Shown: positions 1-8,194, counted from the stretch's first letter. The stretch is DNA of 21,450 nt from Candidatus Zixiibacteriota bacterium (GCA_041742355.1 JBGSIV010000280.1:1-21450); one strand, 5' to 3'. Translations and numbers: made by a program. Notes: generated from the letters alone by a model not told the origin.

Positions 1-14
1 CTTTCTACGAAATG

Positions 15-54
15 ACTCTCTCCTCCACGACGACGGGGGAGAGAGTTCTTTTTT
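15..54 (+). terminator. Rho-independent terminator of a transcript upstream of the window
   Basis: Stem ACTCTCTCCTCC (15-26) / GGGGGAGAGAGT (35-46), 8-nt loop, followed by TCTTTTTT. Confidence 0.8.
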
Positions 55-144
55 GTGGTGTCAGGTGTCCTCACCTGACACCACAAATGAACGATGAGCA
101 GCAACATGCTCTCTGTGCTGTCATGTGTCCCCACCTGACAGCAC
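55..144. repeat. Two related 30-bp palindromes 60 bp apart
   Basis: GTGGTGTCAGGTG-TCCT-CACCTGACACCAC (55-84) and GTGCTGTCATGTG-TCCC-CACCTGACAGCAC (115-144); compensatory G-C/C-G swap at position 4. Confidence 0.85.
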
Positions 145-186
145 AGAGAGATCGGATAATAGCGCCGCGAACTTGAATCTCCGCAG

Positions 187-519
187 CGTCGGCCGGGTCC
201 CGAGCTGCTTCACCCCCGAGCGGTCGCAAACCGACTTTCTTCCCGGAAGTAGGTCAGGCTCCTTGGAGCCTGACACAAACAGAAACAAAGCGAAAAAGAG
301 AAGATACGCTCGACAACTCCAACCCCCGTTCCGCAGGGTCTTGCGCGATTCCGAGCAAAGCGAGGGAGAGCGCGTGACCCTGCGGGTGTACACGGCTGAT
401 TTCTTCGTTCCGCAGTGTCTTGCGCGACCCCGAGTACAGCGAGGGAGAGCGTGTGACCCTGCGGAAGAGCGCGGCTGACACGCACACGCCGTGCGCGGCC
501 GATGTCCACATCGGCCGCG
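187..519 (+). repeat. REP-like mosaic cluster 1
   Basis: GTAGGTCAGGCTCCTTGGAGCCTGAC at 249-274 (identical copy at 10337-10362); two long hairpins CCGCAG(G/T)GTC...GACCCTGCGG at 331-385 and 408-466; hairpin CGCGGCCGATG-TCCA-CATCGGCCGCG at 494-519. The last two types recur at 19535-19641. Confidence 0.85.
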
Positions 520-674
520 AAGAGGCGTCGCCTACCCCCGCCCCTCAAGCCAAACTGGGAGATTAGTTTCGCCCCCACACGACGGCAGCAGATTCTGCGA
601 CAGAACCCGGCATAAACTGCGATATGGGCTCCGAAAGCACTTTTCGCGACATCCGCGCATTCACCGTAAGCATC

Positions 675-733
675 TTGACGGCAGCATCTTGCGTGGATAT
701 TAACGGTTCCGGCACGGGGTTTGTATATATACT
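675..733 (+). promoter_or_regulatory. Putative sigma70-type promoter(s) for the 738-838 RNA
   Basis: TTGACG (675-680)-N17-TATTAA (698-703); alternatively TTAACG (700-705)-N18-TATATA (724-729) or TATACT (728-733) just before the structured region; AGCATCTTG direct repeat at 669-677 and 683-691. Confidence 0.45.
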
Positions 734-737
734 TGGC

Positions 738-838
738 ATCGGGTAGCAAGGTAGTGCGACAGACCCGCAACCTGACGCATTACACGGAAGTGTTGAGCAG
801 TATTTCTTGGCGGTTAAACTGCTTAGAGCTTTCCCGAT
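738..838 (+). ncRNA. Candidate structured non-coding RNA, family not recognised
   Basis: Ends pair (ATCGGGTAGC / GCTTTCCCGAT); internal stems GTAGTGCG/CGCATTAC with CAG-ACCCGCAAC-CTG, ACAC-GGAA-GTGT, and GAGCAGT/ACTGCTT; lies between an AT-rich promoter-like sequence and a + strand terminator; no credible ORF. Confidence 0.6.
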
Positions 839-845
839 TGGTGAG

Positions 846-880
846 GAGAGAGAGGCCTCGAGCGATCGAGGCCTTTTTCT
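846..880 (+). terminator. Rho-independent terminator (+ polarity, possibly bidirectional)
   Basis: AGGCCTCGA-GCGA-TCGAGGCCT followed by TTTTCT; GNRA loop; T tract on the + side. Confidence 0.85.
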
Positions 881-921
881 GTTACGACAACGAAACCTGG
901 TAATCCCTGCCCGCGCACCCC

Positions 922-1953
922 TTACTTCAGTATATACCCCTGTATCTCCTCATCCGCCGCAGGTTTGACAACCATCGTCCGCCCCCCGGCCCCATTGTCA
1001 AACACCGTCACTTCCACCTCCGGCAGCGCTTTCGATTCGCAATACCGCGCCGTAATCGAGGCCGCCAGCCTCACCACCTCTTCCGGCGGATTCGCCCCCA
1101 CCAGCAGCGTCACCGGCGACCCGATCCCCATCGCCTCTATATGCACATGGTAATTCCGCTTCACCGCCATCAGGTGGTCGTTGTCCTCCTCATGCCGCCC
1201 CACCACCAGCTTGTAATCGGGCGTCAGACGGAAATGCCGCCCGTACTTCAGCAGATTCAGATCGTCAAAACTCAACCGCCCCGTATGCGCCAGAAGATCC
1301 CGCAAACGGTTCGAATACCCAACATCCGTCAGCAAACACCCCGATGCCGGAGTCGGATAGTCCTCCAGCCCAAACTGCACCGCCAGCTCCATCTGGCGCT
1401 TGCGCGACCGCCCCTCGATCCGCTCCAGCTTCTCCCGATCCACCATCCCCGATTTCTCCGGATCGGTCGGGGGGAGGAGCTTCGCCGAAAGCGGTCGCAG
1501 CAGTTTCCCCTCCAGCCCCGTCTCATTCTCAATCAGACGCATCCTCGGCTTGACCTGCGACATCGGGCGCTGTCCCACCACCTCGCCCGTGATGATAAAG
1601 TCCGCGTTCACCATCTCCATGAACGTCTTCGCCTCGTTCAGCATGAGAATGCGGCAATCGGTGCATGGATTCATGTTCCGGCCGCGCCCGAACCGGGGGT
1701 TCTCGACAATATCCACGAACTTCTGCCCGAGGTGCATCAGCTTGACATTGAACCCGAACTTCTCGGCCGCCGGGTAGGGATTCGACCCGCACGACGACCG
1801 ATCCCCGAGGTCGCACCCGAAGTGCGTCATGAACGTCAGCGCGGTCACTTCGATATTCTGGCGCAGCATGAGCAGGATCGCCAGCGCGGAGTCCAATCCG
1901 CCGGAAAAGAGCGCGATCGCATGCCCCCGTTTGGCCCCTTCAGCATTATACAT
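922..1953 (-). CDS. PP-loop ATPase, tRNA sulfurtransferase-like (ThiI/MnmA-related) with probable C-terminal DUF814/NFACT-R-like domain
   Basis: ALFSGGLDS PP-loop, NPCTDCR, ITGEVVGQRPMSQ, LLRPLSAKLL, GRSRKRQ, PASGCLLT, GRHFR motifs; GGAG upstream of ATG; no THUMP domain visible. Confidence 0.85.
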   Translation of the reverse strand: MYNAEGAKRGHAIALFSGGLDSALAILLMLRQNIEVTALTFMTHFGCDLGDRSSCGSNPYPAAEKFGFNVKLMHLGQKFVDIVENPRFGRGRNMNPCTDCRILMLNEAKTFMEMVNADFIITGEVVGQRPMSQVKPRMRLIENETGLEGKLLRPLSAKLLPPTDPEKSGMVDREKLERIEGRSRKRQMELAVQFGLEDYPTPASGCLLTDVGYSNRLRDLLAHTGRLSFDDLNLLKYGRHFRLTPDYKLVVGRHEEDNDHLMAVKRNYHVHIEAMGIGSPVTLLVGANPPEEVVRLAASITARYCESKALPEVEVTVFDNGAGGRTMVVKPAADEEIQGYILK

Positions 1954-2142
1954 AGCCTGTCACAGTCTCCATTGCCCGGCGGGTTCCGACCGTTTGTACC
2001 GGCCGCATGTTCGTTTCGTTCGTTTTCGGTCCCTGGCCGGGGACAATATACCGCTTACGCCCGCCCGCCGACAGGACAATCGCGCCCTCCCGTCGGGCCA
2101 CCACTCGCGCCACCGGCACGGTCCGTCCGCGGCCAATTGACC

Positions 2143-2171
2143 TTGACTTCAACAGATCCGGCGGCTAATAT
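2143..2171 (+). promoter_or_regulatory. sigma70-type promoter of the mla operon
   Basis: TTGACT (2143-2148)-N17-TAATAT (2166-2171). Confidence 0.7.
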
Positions 2172-2258
2172 AGAAACCAATCGGCTAACGAAAGGACGGA
2201 CGGTATAATTTCGGCCTTCAACAACTGGCTCAAGCGCTTCGCGTACGAGCTGCAGCAG

Positions 2259-2987
2259 ATGTTCTACTTCTCGCTGCGCACCATCGCTGCCATCTTCAGC
2301 CCGCCGTACTACCGCGCCGAAACCCTCGAGCAAATGTACAATGTCGGCGTCGGCTCCCTCTTCCTGGTCATCCTCACCGGCATGTTCGCGGGACAGGGGT
2401 TCGCCCTCGCCTTCTCCGTGGAGCTGGCCGATTTCGGCGCCAAGGATTACCTCGGCCGCATCATCGCCCTGGCCGTCGTCCGTGAACTCGGCCCCCTCCT
2501 CGCCGCCCTCATGATCTCGGCCCGCGTCGCCTCCGGCATCACCGCCGAACTCGGCGCCATGAAATCCTCCAACCAGCTCGACGCCATGATCGCGTTCGGC
2601 GTCGACCCGCGCAAAAAACTGATCGTCCCCCGCGTCGTCGCCCTGTTCGTCATGGTCCCCGTCCTGACCGTCGTCACCGACGTTATCGCGATCGCCGGCG
2701 GATGGATCATCGCCGTCTTCGTGGCCCATGTCTCCTCCACCATGTACTGGTCGGCCGTGCGCGAATGCCTCATCTTCGGCAACCTCTTCATCGGCATCCT
2801 CAAGCCGATCATCTTCTCCTTCATCATCGCCTTCGTTTCGACCTACAAGGGCTTCGCCGCCGAGGGCGGCACCAAGGGCGTCGGCCGCGCCACCACCGAA
2901 TCCGTCATGATCACGTCGATCTCTCTCCTCGTTGTCAACTTCTTCATCACCCGCGTGGTCTTCTCGGCCCTGAAAGGGTGGTTATGA
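2259..2987 (+). CDS. mlaE: MlaE-family lipid ABC transporter permease (true start may be near 2205, see findings)
   Basis: VRELGPLLAALMISARVASGITAELGAMK, QLDAM..GVDP...LIVPRV and GGTKGVGRATTESV motifs; multiple TM segments; ATGA overlap with the next gene. Confidence 0.93.
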   Translation: MFYFSLRTIAAIFSPPYYRAETLEQMYNVGVGSLFLVILTGMFAGQGFALAFSVELADFGAKDYLGRIIALAVVRELGPLLAALMISARVASGITAELGAMKSSNQLDAMIAFGVDPRKKLIVPRVVALFVMVPVLTVVTDVIAIAGGWIIAVFVAHVSSTMYWSAVRECLIFGNLFIGILKPIIFSFIIAFVSTYKGFAAEGGTKGVGRATTESVMITSISLLVVNFFITRVVFSALKGWL

Positions 2988-3754
2988 TCCACCTGCACCA
3001 CGTCCACTTCGCCTATGACGAGCGCCCGATCCTCCGGGATGTCTCGTTCGACCTCGCCGAGAACGAGTCCCTCGTCATCATGGGCCCGTCGGGATCGGGC
3101 AAATCGACCATCCTGCGCCTCATCCTCGGCCTGGAGTGCCCTCAGCGCGGCGAGGTGATCATCGACGACGAAAACATCTGCACTATGAGCGAGAACAAGA
3201 AGATCGAGGTGCGCAAGAAGATCGGCATGGTCTTTCAGGCCGGGGCGCTCTTCGATTCGCTCAGCGTGGGGGAGAACGTCTCCTACTACCTGCTCGAACA
3301 CACCCGCCTGCCGTGGGACGAAGTCTCCGAACGCGCCCGCGAAATGCTCGGCTTCGTCGGCCTCGACGCCAGCGAAATCATCGACAAACTCCCCGAAGAG
3401 CTCTCCGGCGGCATGCAGCGCCGCGTCGCCATCGGCCGCGCCCTGCTCTCCACCAACCCCAAGATCATGCTGTACGACGAACCGACCACCGGGCTGGATC
3501 CCCGCTCCAGCGAACAGGTCCTCAACCTGATCAACAAGCTCAACCGCGAAAAACACACCGCCTCGATCGTCGTCACCCACGAAATCGCCGACGCTTTTAA
3601 CCTCGCCGGCCGCTACCTCATCATCGTCGCCGGCGAGGTCGCCTTCGACGGCTCCCTGGAGGAACTGCGCGACACCGCCGACACCCGCGTCGTCGATTTC
3701 CTCGCCCCCTTCCGGGAATCGTTTGCGCAAGTCAGCCGGAAACGGTTTATATAG
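2984..3754 (+). CDS. mlaF: MlaF-family ABC transporter ATP-binding protein
   Basis: ATG at 2984 overlaps mlaE stop; Walker A GPSGSGKS, IGMVFQAGALFDSLSVGENV, signature LSGGMQRR, Walker B MLYDEPTTGLDP, H-loop VTHE. Confidence 0.93.
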   Translation: MIHLHHVHFAYDERPILRDVSFDLAENESLVIMGPSGSGKSTILRLILGLECPQRGEVIIDDENICTMSENKKIEVRKKIGMVFQAGALFDSLSVGENVSYYLLEHTRLPWDEVSERAREMLGFVGLDASEIIDKLPEELSGGMQRRVAIGRALLSTNPKIMLYDEPTTGLDPRSSEQVLNLINKLNREKHTASIVVTHEIADAFNLAGRYLIIVAGEVAFDGSLEELRDTADTRVVDFLAPFRESFAQVSRKRFI

Positions 3755-3804
3755 GGTAAATCTATGGATTCCTCGATCACACCGAAAGTCAACGGAACGG
3801 GCAT

Positions 3805-4740
3805 ATGAAAAAGACCACCGGGATACGATGGGGCGGCCTCAAAGTCGGGATCGTGCTCATGTTCGCGATCGCCGTCTTGCTCTGGGCCTCTCTCTCAGGC
3901 GGCGGCACCTCCATTTTCGAAAAGAAAGCCACCTACCGGGCATTCTTCCGCAACGTCAACGGCCTCGTCTCGGGCTCGCCCGTCTGGATGGCCGGCGTCG
4001 AGGTCGGCAACGTCCGAGGCATCGACTTCGTCAACCTCGACTCCCTCCGCCGCGTTCAGGTCAATTTCACCGTCAAGGAATCCGTGCTCCGCATGGTGAC
4101 CCGGGACGCCCATGTCCAGCTCGGAACCATCGGCTTCCTCGGCGACAAGTATATCGAGGTGCTGCCCGGCGTTCCCGACGGAGAGACGCTTCCCGAGGGG
4201 AGCGTGATCGCCGTCCGCGATGCCGGCAGTGTCGACGCCGTGTTCAAAGAGGCTGAAGCCGCCGCCGGCGAAGCCAAACAGGTCGCCGCCGGTATCGACA
4301 CCCTCCTCGAACGCATGAACGCCGGCGTTGGCACGCTCGGCCAGCTCGCCACCAACGAGGCCCTCTACGAACAGATGACGGAGCTCTCCCGTCAGCTCAC
4401 CACGCTCGTTACCGAGCTGCAGCGCAACCAGGAACGCCTCGTCGGATCGGTCGAACGCTCCACCAACGCTATCGCTGACCTCAGCCAGAAACTCAACGAC
4501 TCCACCGGCAGCGCCGGCAAGCTCGTCAACGACCCGGCCCTCTACAACAACCTGTCCTCCCTGACCTCGCGGCTCGACACCACCCTCGCCAAAATCAACC
4601 AGGCCGAAGGGAGCCTCGGCCTCCTGGTCAACGACACCACCCTGTATATCGAGATGGCCAACCTCCTCGCCCGGAGCAACCGCCTGATCAAGGATATCCA
4701 GGACGATCCCAAGAAGTACCTCGGCTTCTCGATTTTCTAG
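3805..4740 (+). CDS. mlaD: MlaD/MCE-domain protein with long helical C-terminal region
   Basis: N-terminal TM; F.NVNGLVSGSPVWMAGVEVGNV and GFLGDKYIEV MCE motifs; repeated G(T/S)(L/A)G.L..D..LY helical units; C-terminal DPKKYLGFSIF. Confidence 0.92.
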   Translation: MKKTTGIRWGGLKVGIVLMFAIAVLLWASLSGGGTSIFEKKATYRAFFRNVNGLVSGSPVWMAGVEVGNVRGIDFVNLDSLRRVQVNFTVKESVLRMVTRDAHVQLGTIGFLGDKYIEVLPGVPDGETLPEGSVIAVRDAGSVDAVFKEAEAAAGEAKQVAAGIDTLLERMNAGVGTLGQLATNEALYEQMTELSRQLTTLVTELQRNQERLVGSVERSTNAIADLSQKLNDSTGSAGKLVNDPALYNNLSSLTSRLDTTLAKINQAEGSLGLLVNDTTLYIEMANLLARSNRLIKDIQDDPKKYLGFSIF

Positions 4741-4752
4741 GAGGGACCGCCT

Positions 4753-5415
4753 ATGCGCCGCCACCGACACCTCGCCCTATGCTTGTGCGCCCTGCTCATC
4801 ACCGCGTGGGGCTGCTCCAAATCCGATCAGTCTGATAAATCCGATTCCTCCGCCCAGACGGCCTCCGCCGCGGTGCAGTCGGTCGACATCCCGGACATCG
4901 CCATCAAACCGGGAGCCGGCGCCATCTACATGATTACCGGCCCGCACTCGCCCGAGGTCGTCAGCAAAGGCTTCTACCACATGCGCCGCCAGTTCCCCCT
5001 CGAGCCTTTCCCGCTCGGCCTGCACCAGTACGCCCTCATGGACTCCATCGCCAACTACGAGGTGGTCGGCTACGCCGAATTCAATGGTTTCGAAAAAGCC
5101 GTCGACAGCGTCGGCCCCGGCATGTACACCCTCCTCGTTTATGTCTCCCGACTCAGTAAAGCCGCCGTCAAACACGACACCACCGTCACCGAATCCGGCG
5201 ACACGATCATCACCGACCCCGTCAAGGGCATGTCCCCCTACGAATACTACTTCCGCCCGATCCTCGTCGACAGCATCCGCGTCGAACCGGGCGTCGTCTC
5301 GGTAGTGGATGTCTCCAAAGCCCTCGAAGCCTGGCGGCAACCGCAGCAGACCGAGACCGGCTGGGAGGCTCCCCGCGCCCACTACCTCGCCTGGGACCGC
5401 CGCCTCGGCAAATAG
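4753..5415 (+). CDS. Hypothetical lipoprotein, probably co-transcribed with mlaEFD
   Basis: Basic N-terminus, hydrophobic stretch, lipobox-like AWGC, Ser/Asp-rich linker; GGAGG RBS; 12-nt gap after mlaD; host-like codon usage. Confidence 0.8.
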   Translation: MRRHRHLALCLCALLITAWGCSKSDQSDKSDSSAQTASAAVQSVDIPDIAIKPGAGAIYMITGPHSPEVVSKGFYHMRRQFPLEPFPLGLHQYALMDSIANYEVVGYAEFNGFEKAVDSVGPGMYTLLVYVSRLSKAAVKHDTTVTESGDTIITDPVKGMSPYEYYFRPILVDSIRVEPGVVSVVDVSKALEAWRQPQQTETGWEAPRAHYLAWDRRLGK

Positions 5416-5439
5416 AGAAGATAGATACATACCGAGTAC

Positions 5440-5691
5440 CCCACAGCTTGCTGTGGGATCGCACGGAATACATTCTGCTCGCAAATGTAACTGAACGGCT
5501 GGTTCCCGTCATTGCTGGGTGCCCAACCGCTTGCGTTGGGAGAAGATTCAACGGGTCGCCCACAGCTTGCTGTGGGATCCCTGAAAGCAAATAGTGAAGT
5601 CTCTCTCCTTGTAGGTCAGGACCTTCATAATCCTGACATTGACCGAAACCAACCCCAGAACCTGTCATCCCGGGCAACGCCCCGGGATCCA
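5440..5691 (+). repeat. REP-like mosaic cluster 2 (between convergent genes)
   Basis: CCCACAGCTTGCTGTGGG at 5440-5457 and 5559-5576, variant CCCAACCGCTTGCGTTGGG at 5522-5540, GTAGGTCAGGACCTTCATAATCCTGAC at 5611-5637, GTCATCCCGGGCAACGCCCCGGGATCCA at 5664-5691. Confidence 0.85.
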
Positions 5692-5740
5692 TGCCTTCTG
5701 ACTTCGTACTGAGGACACACAGAGCGTGTCGGCGGTTCCC

Positions 5741-6181
5741 TCACCGCCTCGTCGATCGAATCGCCTCCTCCGCCCCGAGCGTTGTCGTCACCGCCTCGAA
5801 ATCCCCCCGCAACGCCCGCAACGCATATATCTCCCGATCGATCTCCTGACGCGTCCGTATGCCCCGACGCCGCAGCACCGCCACCGGCGGACACCACCCC
5901 TGAACCGCATGCTGCAGCAGAAACGGCAGGACAATCCCCGGAAGCAGCAGCCACGCCCGGCTCTTCGTCATCCCCAGCAGCAACCCGCCCAGAGCCAGCC
6001 CGGCCGCGTTCATCTCCAGCCACCGCTCGATATCCCACTCCCGCTCCAGCTCGCAGATCCGCGTCGTGATCTCATCGCGCCCGCGGTCCGCATAGGCGCG
6101 AATACAGGCTTCGGTTGCCGCATCGATTCTGGCGTTTATCTCTTCCGGGGTATGATCGCGCACTCTATCGGGACTATGCAT
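5741..6181 (-). CDS. DUF2892/YgaP-like membrane protein
   Basis: Start at 6181 (MHSPDRV) after AAAGGAGG RBS; ELEREWDIER, two TM helices, FLLQHAVQGWCPP and RRRGIRT..EIDRE..ALRALRGDF motifs. Confidence 0.8.
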   Translation of the reverse strand: MHSPDRVRDHTPEEINARIDAATEACIRAYADRGRDEITTRICELEREWDIERWLEMNAAGLALGGLLLGMTKSRAWLLLPGIVLPFLLQHAVQGWCPPVAVLRRRGIRTRQEIDREIYALRALRGDFEAVTTTLGAEEAIRSTRR

Positions 6182-6367
6182 GCTCCAGCCTCCTTTGCGT
6201 TTTTGGTCAGCCGTGCCCTCATGACACCCGCAATCGCGCATGACCACAGGGCTGACAAGAATAGAACGCGCCGGAAGGGGAGAGGCGTTGGGGAAAAAGG
6301 TTACGATAGAGTGACATCGAAACGACGCCCCTGCGCAAGACGACGTCGTTTACTAATTCGCAGCTTT

Positions 6368-6576
6368 GTAGGGCTCGGGTCTCTCTGACTCCCGCCTCTT
6401 CTGATCTGATCTGTTCACAAGCGGCGGGAGCCCGGAGACTCCTGCCCTACATCTAACATTGACTTCAACGACGAAGTCCAACGTAGGTCAAGTCCCCTTT
6501 ACCACCTTCAAATCCATCTCGCCCACGGGCGCTCACTCCTCCCTGACTCGGCCACCGTTGCCCCGGGGGACTTGAC
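6368..6576 (+). repeat. REP-like mosaic cluster 3
   Basis: GTAGGGC...GCCCTAC doublet at 6368-6450 (related copy starts at 10395); GTAGGTCAAGTCCCC...GGGGACTTGAC at 6483-6576. Confidence 0.8.
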
Positions 6577-6586
6577 ATGACTCTCG

Positions 6587-8110
6587 TTACCTTGACTGGA
6601 CCCCGCCCTTGCCCGCCCTCTTCGCACTCACCCGCCGCCACCACACATATACCGGCACCCCCAGCAATACAATCACCAGCCCCGGATATGTATACGCCGG
6701 CTTGTAGATCAACAGCGCTACACATATCCCCAGCGCCGCCAGAACATACATCCCCGGCAGCACCGGATACCCCCATGCCCGGTAGGGCCGCTCCGCCTCC
6801 GGCCGCTTCACCCGCAATATGAATATCCCGATAATCGTCAGAACGTAGAAAAGCAGCACGGCAAACACCACATAATCCAGCAGATCGCTATACGTCCCCG
6901 ACAGGCACAACAAACTCGCCCACAGAGCCTGCACCCACAGCGCGTGCGACGGCACCCCGTGCTCATTTAAATACCCCGTCCGCTCGAAAAACAGCTTGTC
7001 CCGCGCCATCGCATACGTCACCCGCGCCCCCGCCAGGATCAACCCATTGTTGCACCCGAACGTCGAGACCATAATCAGCACCCCCATGATCACCGCCGCC
7101 GGTTCGCCGAATATTACCCACGCTGCCGCCGTCCCCACCCGGTCGTTCGTCGCAAACTGAATCCCCCGCGCGAGCACATTCGACGCCGCCGCCGAACCAT
7201 CCAGCGGCAGCACCAGCAGGTACGCGAAATTCGCGAGCAGGTAGAGGACAGTCACCGCACCCGTCCCGATCAACAGGCTCATCGGGATCGTCCGCGACGG
7301 CTTCACCACCTCGCCCGCCGTAAACGTCACATTGTTCCACGCATCACTTGCGAACAACGATCCCACCATCGCCACCGCAATTGCCGCCCACAGCCCGATT
7401 CCCGCCAGCGGCTCCACCGACGTCACTCGCCCGTCGACCACATGCGTCCACGTCGCTCCCCAGAAATCGTTGAAATTCAGATCCATCGCCATCGCGTTCC
7501 GCCCCACGATTATGCCGAGCAGAATCAACCCCACCAGCGCCAGCGTCTTCGCGCTCGTGAAGATGTCCTGAATGATCTTCCCGACCTGAATCCCCCGCGT
7601 GTTTACCGCCGTCAACACCACGATCGACCCGATCGCCACCAACCGCGCCGCCGTAAACCTCACCCCGGCGAAATCTACCAACAGGCGATCCTCCCCCAGC
7701 GCGGGGAAGACGATCGCCGTGAACTTGGCGAACGCCACCGCCACCGCCGCAATTGTCCCGGCCTGAATGACCAGGAACAGCGTCCAGCCGTATAGAAACC
7801 CGACCAGCGGATTGTACGCCTCCCGCAAATACACATACTGCCCCCCGGCCTTCGGCATCATTCCCGCCAGCTCGCCGTAGCTGAGCGCGCAGATCACCGT
7901 CATAATCCCGGTGATCAGCCAGACTACCATCAGGTAGCCGGGGGAGCCGACTGTCCGGGCGATATCCGCGCTCACGATAAATATGCCCGAGCCGATCATC
8001 GACCCGATCACCAGCATGCTCGCATCGAGCAGCCCGATCCGCCGCTGAAACTGGTGCGTCTCGGGAGCCGGTTCGGCCCGGCCGTTGACGGGGCTTTCCG
8101 TTTCCATCAC
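6587..8110 (-). CDS. APC-family amino acid permease
   Basis: IGSMIGSGIF, YGELAGMMPKAGGQYVYLREAY, GEVVKPSRTIP, ARVTYAMARD, ERPYRAWGYP motifs; about 12 TM segments. Confidence 0.93.
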   Translation of the reverse strand: MMETESPVNGRAEPAPETHQFQRRIGLLDASMLVIGSMIGSGIFIVSADIARTVGSPGYLMVVWLITGIMTVICALSYGELAGMMPKAGGQYVYLREAYNPLVGFLYGWTLFLVIQAGTIAAVAVAFAKFTAIVFPALGEDRLLVDFAGVRFTAARLVAIGSIVVLTAVNTRGIQVGKIIQDIFTSAKTLALVGLILLGIIVGRNAMAMDLNFNDFWGATWTHVVDGRVTSVEPLAGIGLWAAIAVAMVGSLFASDAWNNVTFTAGEVVKPSRTIPMSLLIGTGAVTVLYLLANFAYLLVLPLDGSAAASNVLARGIQFATNDRVGTAAAWVIFGEPAAVIMGVLIMVSTFGCNNGLILAGARVTYAMARDKLFFERTGYLNEHGVPSHALWVQALWASLLCLSGTYSDLLDYVVFAVLLFYVLTIIGIFILRVKRPEAERPYRAWGYPVLPGMYVLAALGICVALLIYKPAYTYPGLVIVLLGVPVYVWWRRVSAKRAGKGGVQSR

Positions 8111-8165
8111 ACTCGCCGATTAAAGTTGAGGGGGCTTCCTGGCGCCACGGCCATTGCTGACTGAT

Positions 8166-8194
8166 ATCCTACACGCTCCGCAATCACACCGCAA
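8166..8194 (-). promoter_or_regulatory. Putative sigma70 promoter of the permease
   Basis: On - strand TTGCGG-N17-TAGGAT, about 55 nt upstream of the start. Confidence 0.45.

Noticed and set aside
121..770. Several ORFs of 70-186 aa on both strands
   Set aside because: They run through palindromic repeats, lack RBS and host codon pattern, and their peptides recur in ORFs over other repeat copies
721..903. 60-aa + strand ORF
   Set aside because: TTG start lies inside the promoter-like sequence with no RBS, and the frame reads through the terminator; an RNA explains the region better
1141..2208. 355-aa + strand ORF and similar long antisense ORFs (11671-13461, 17655-19100, 2843-3730, 3895-4770)
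   Set aside because: Shadow frames of well-supported genes in GC-rich DNA, with no motifs of their own
2702..2983. N-terminal extension of mlaF in the ORF track
   Set aside because: Overlaps mlaE out of frame; ATG 2984 with ATGA coupling gives a normal ABC ATPase
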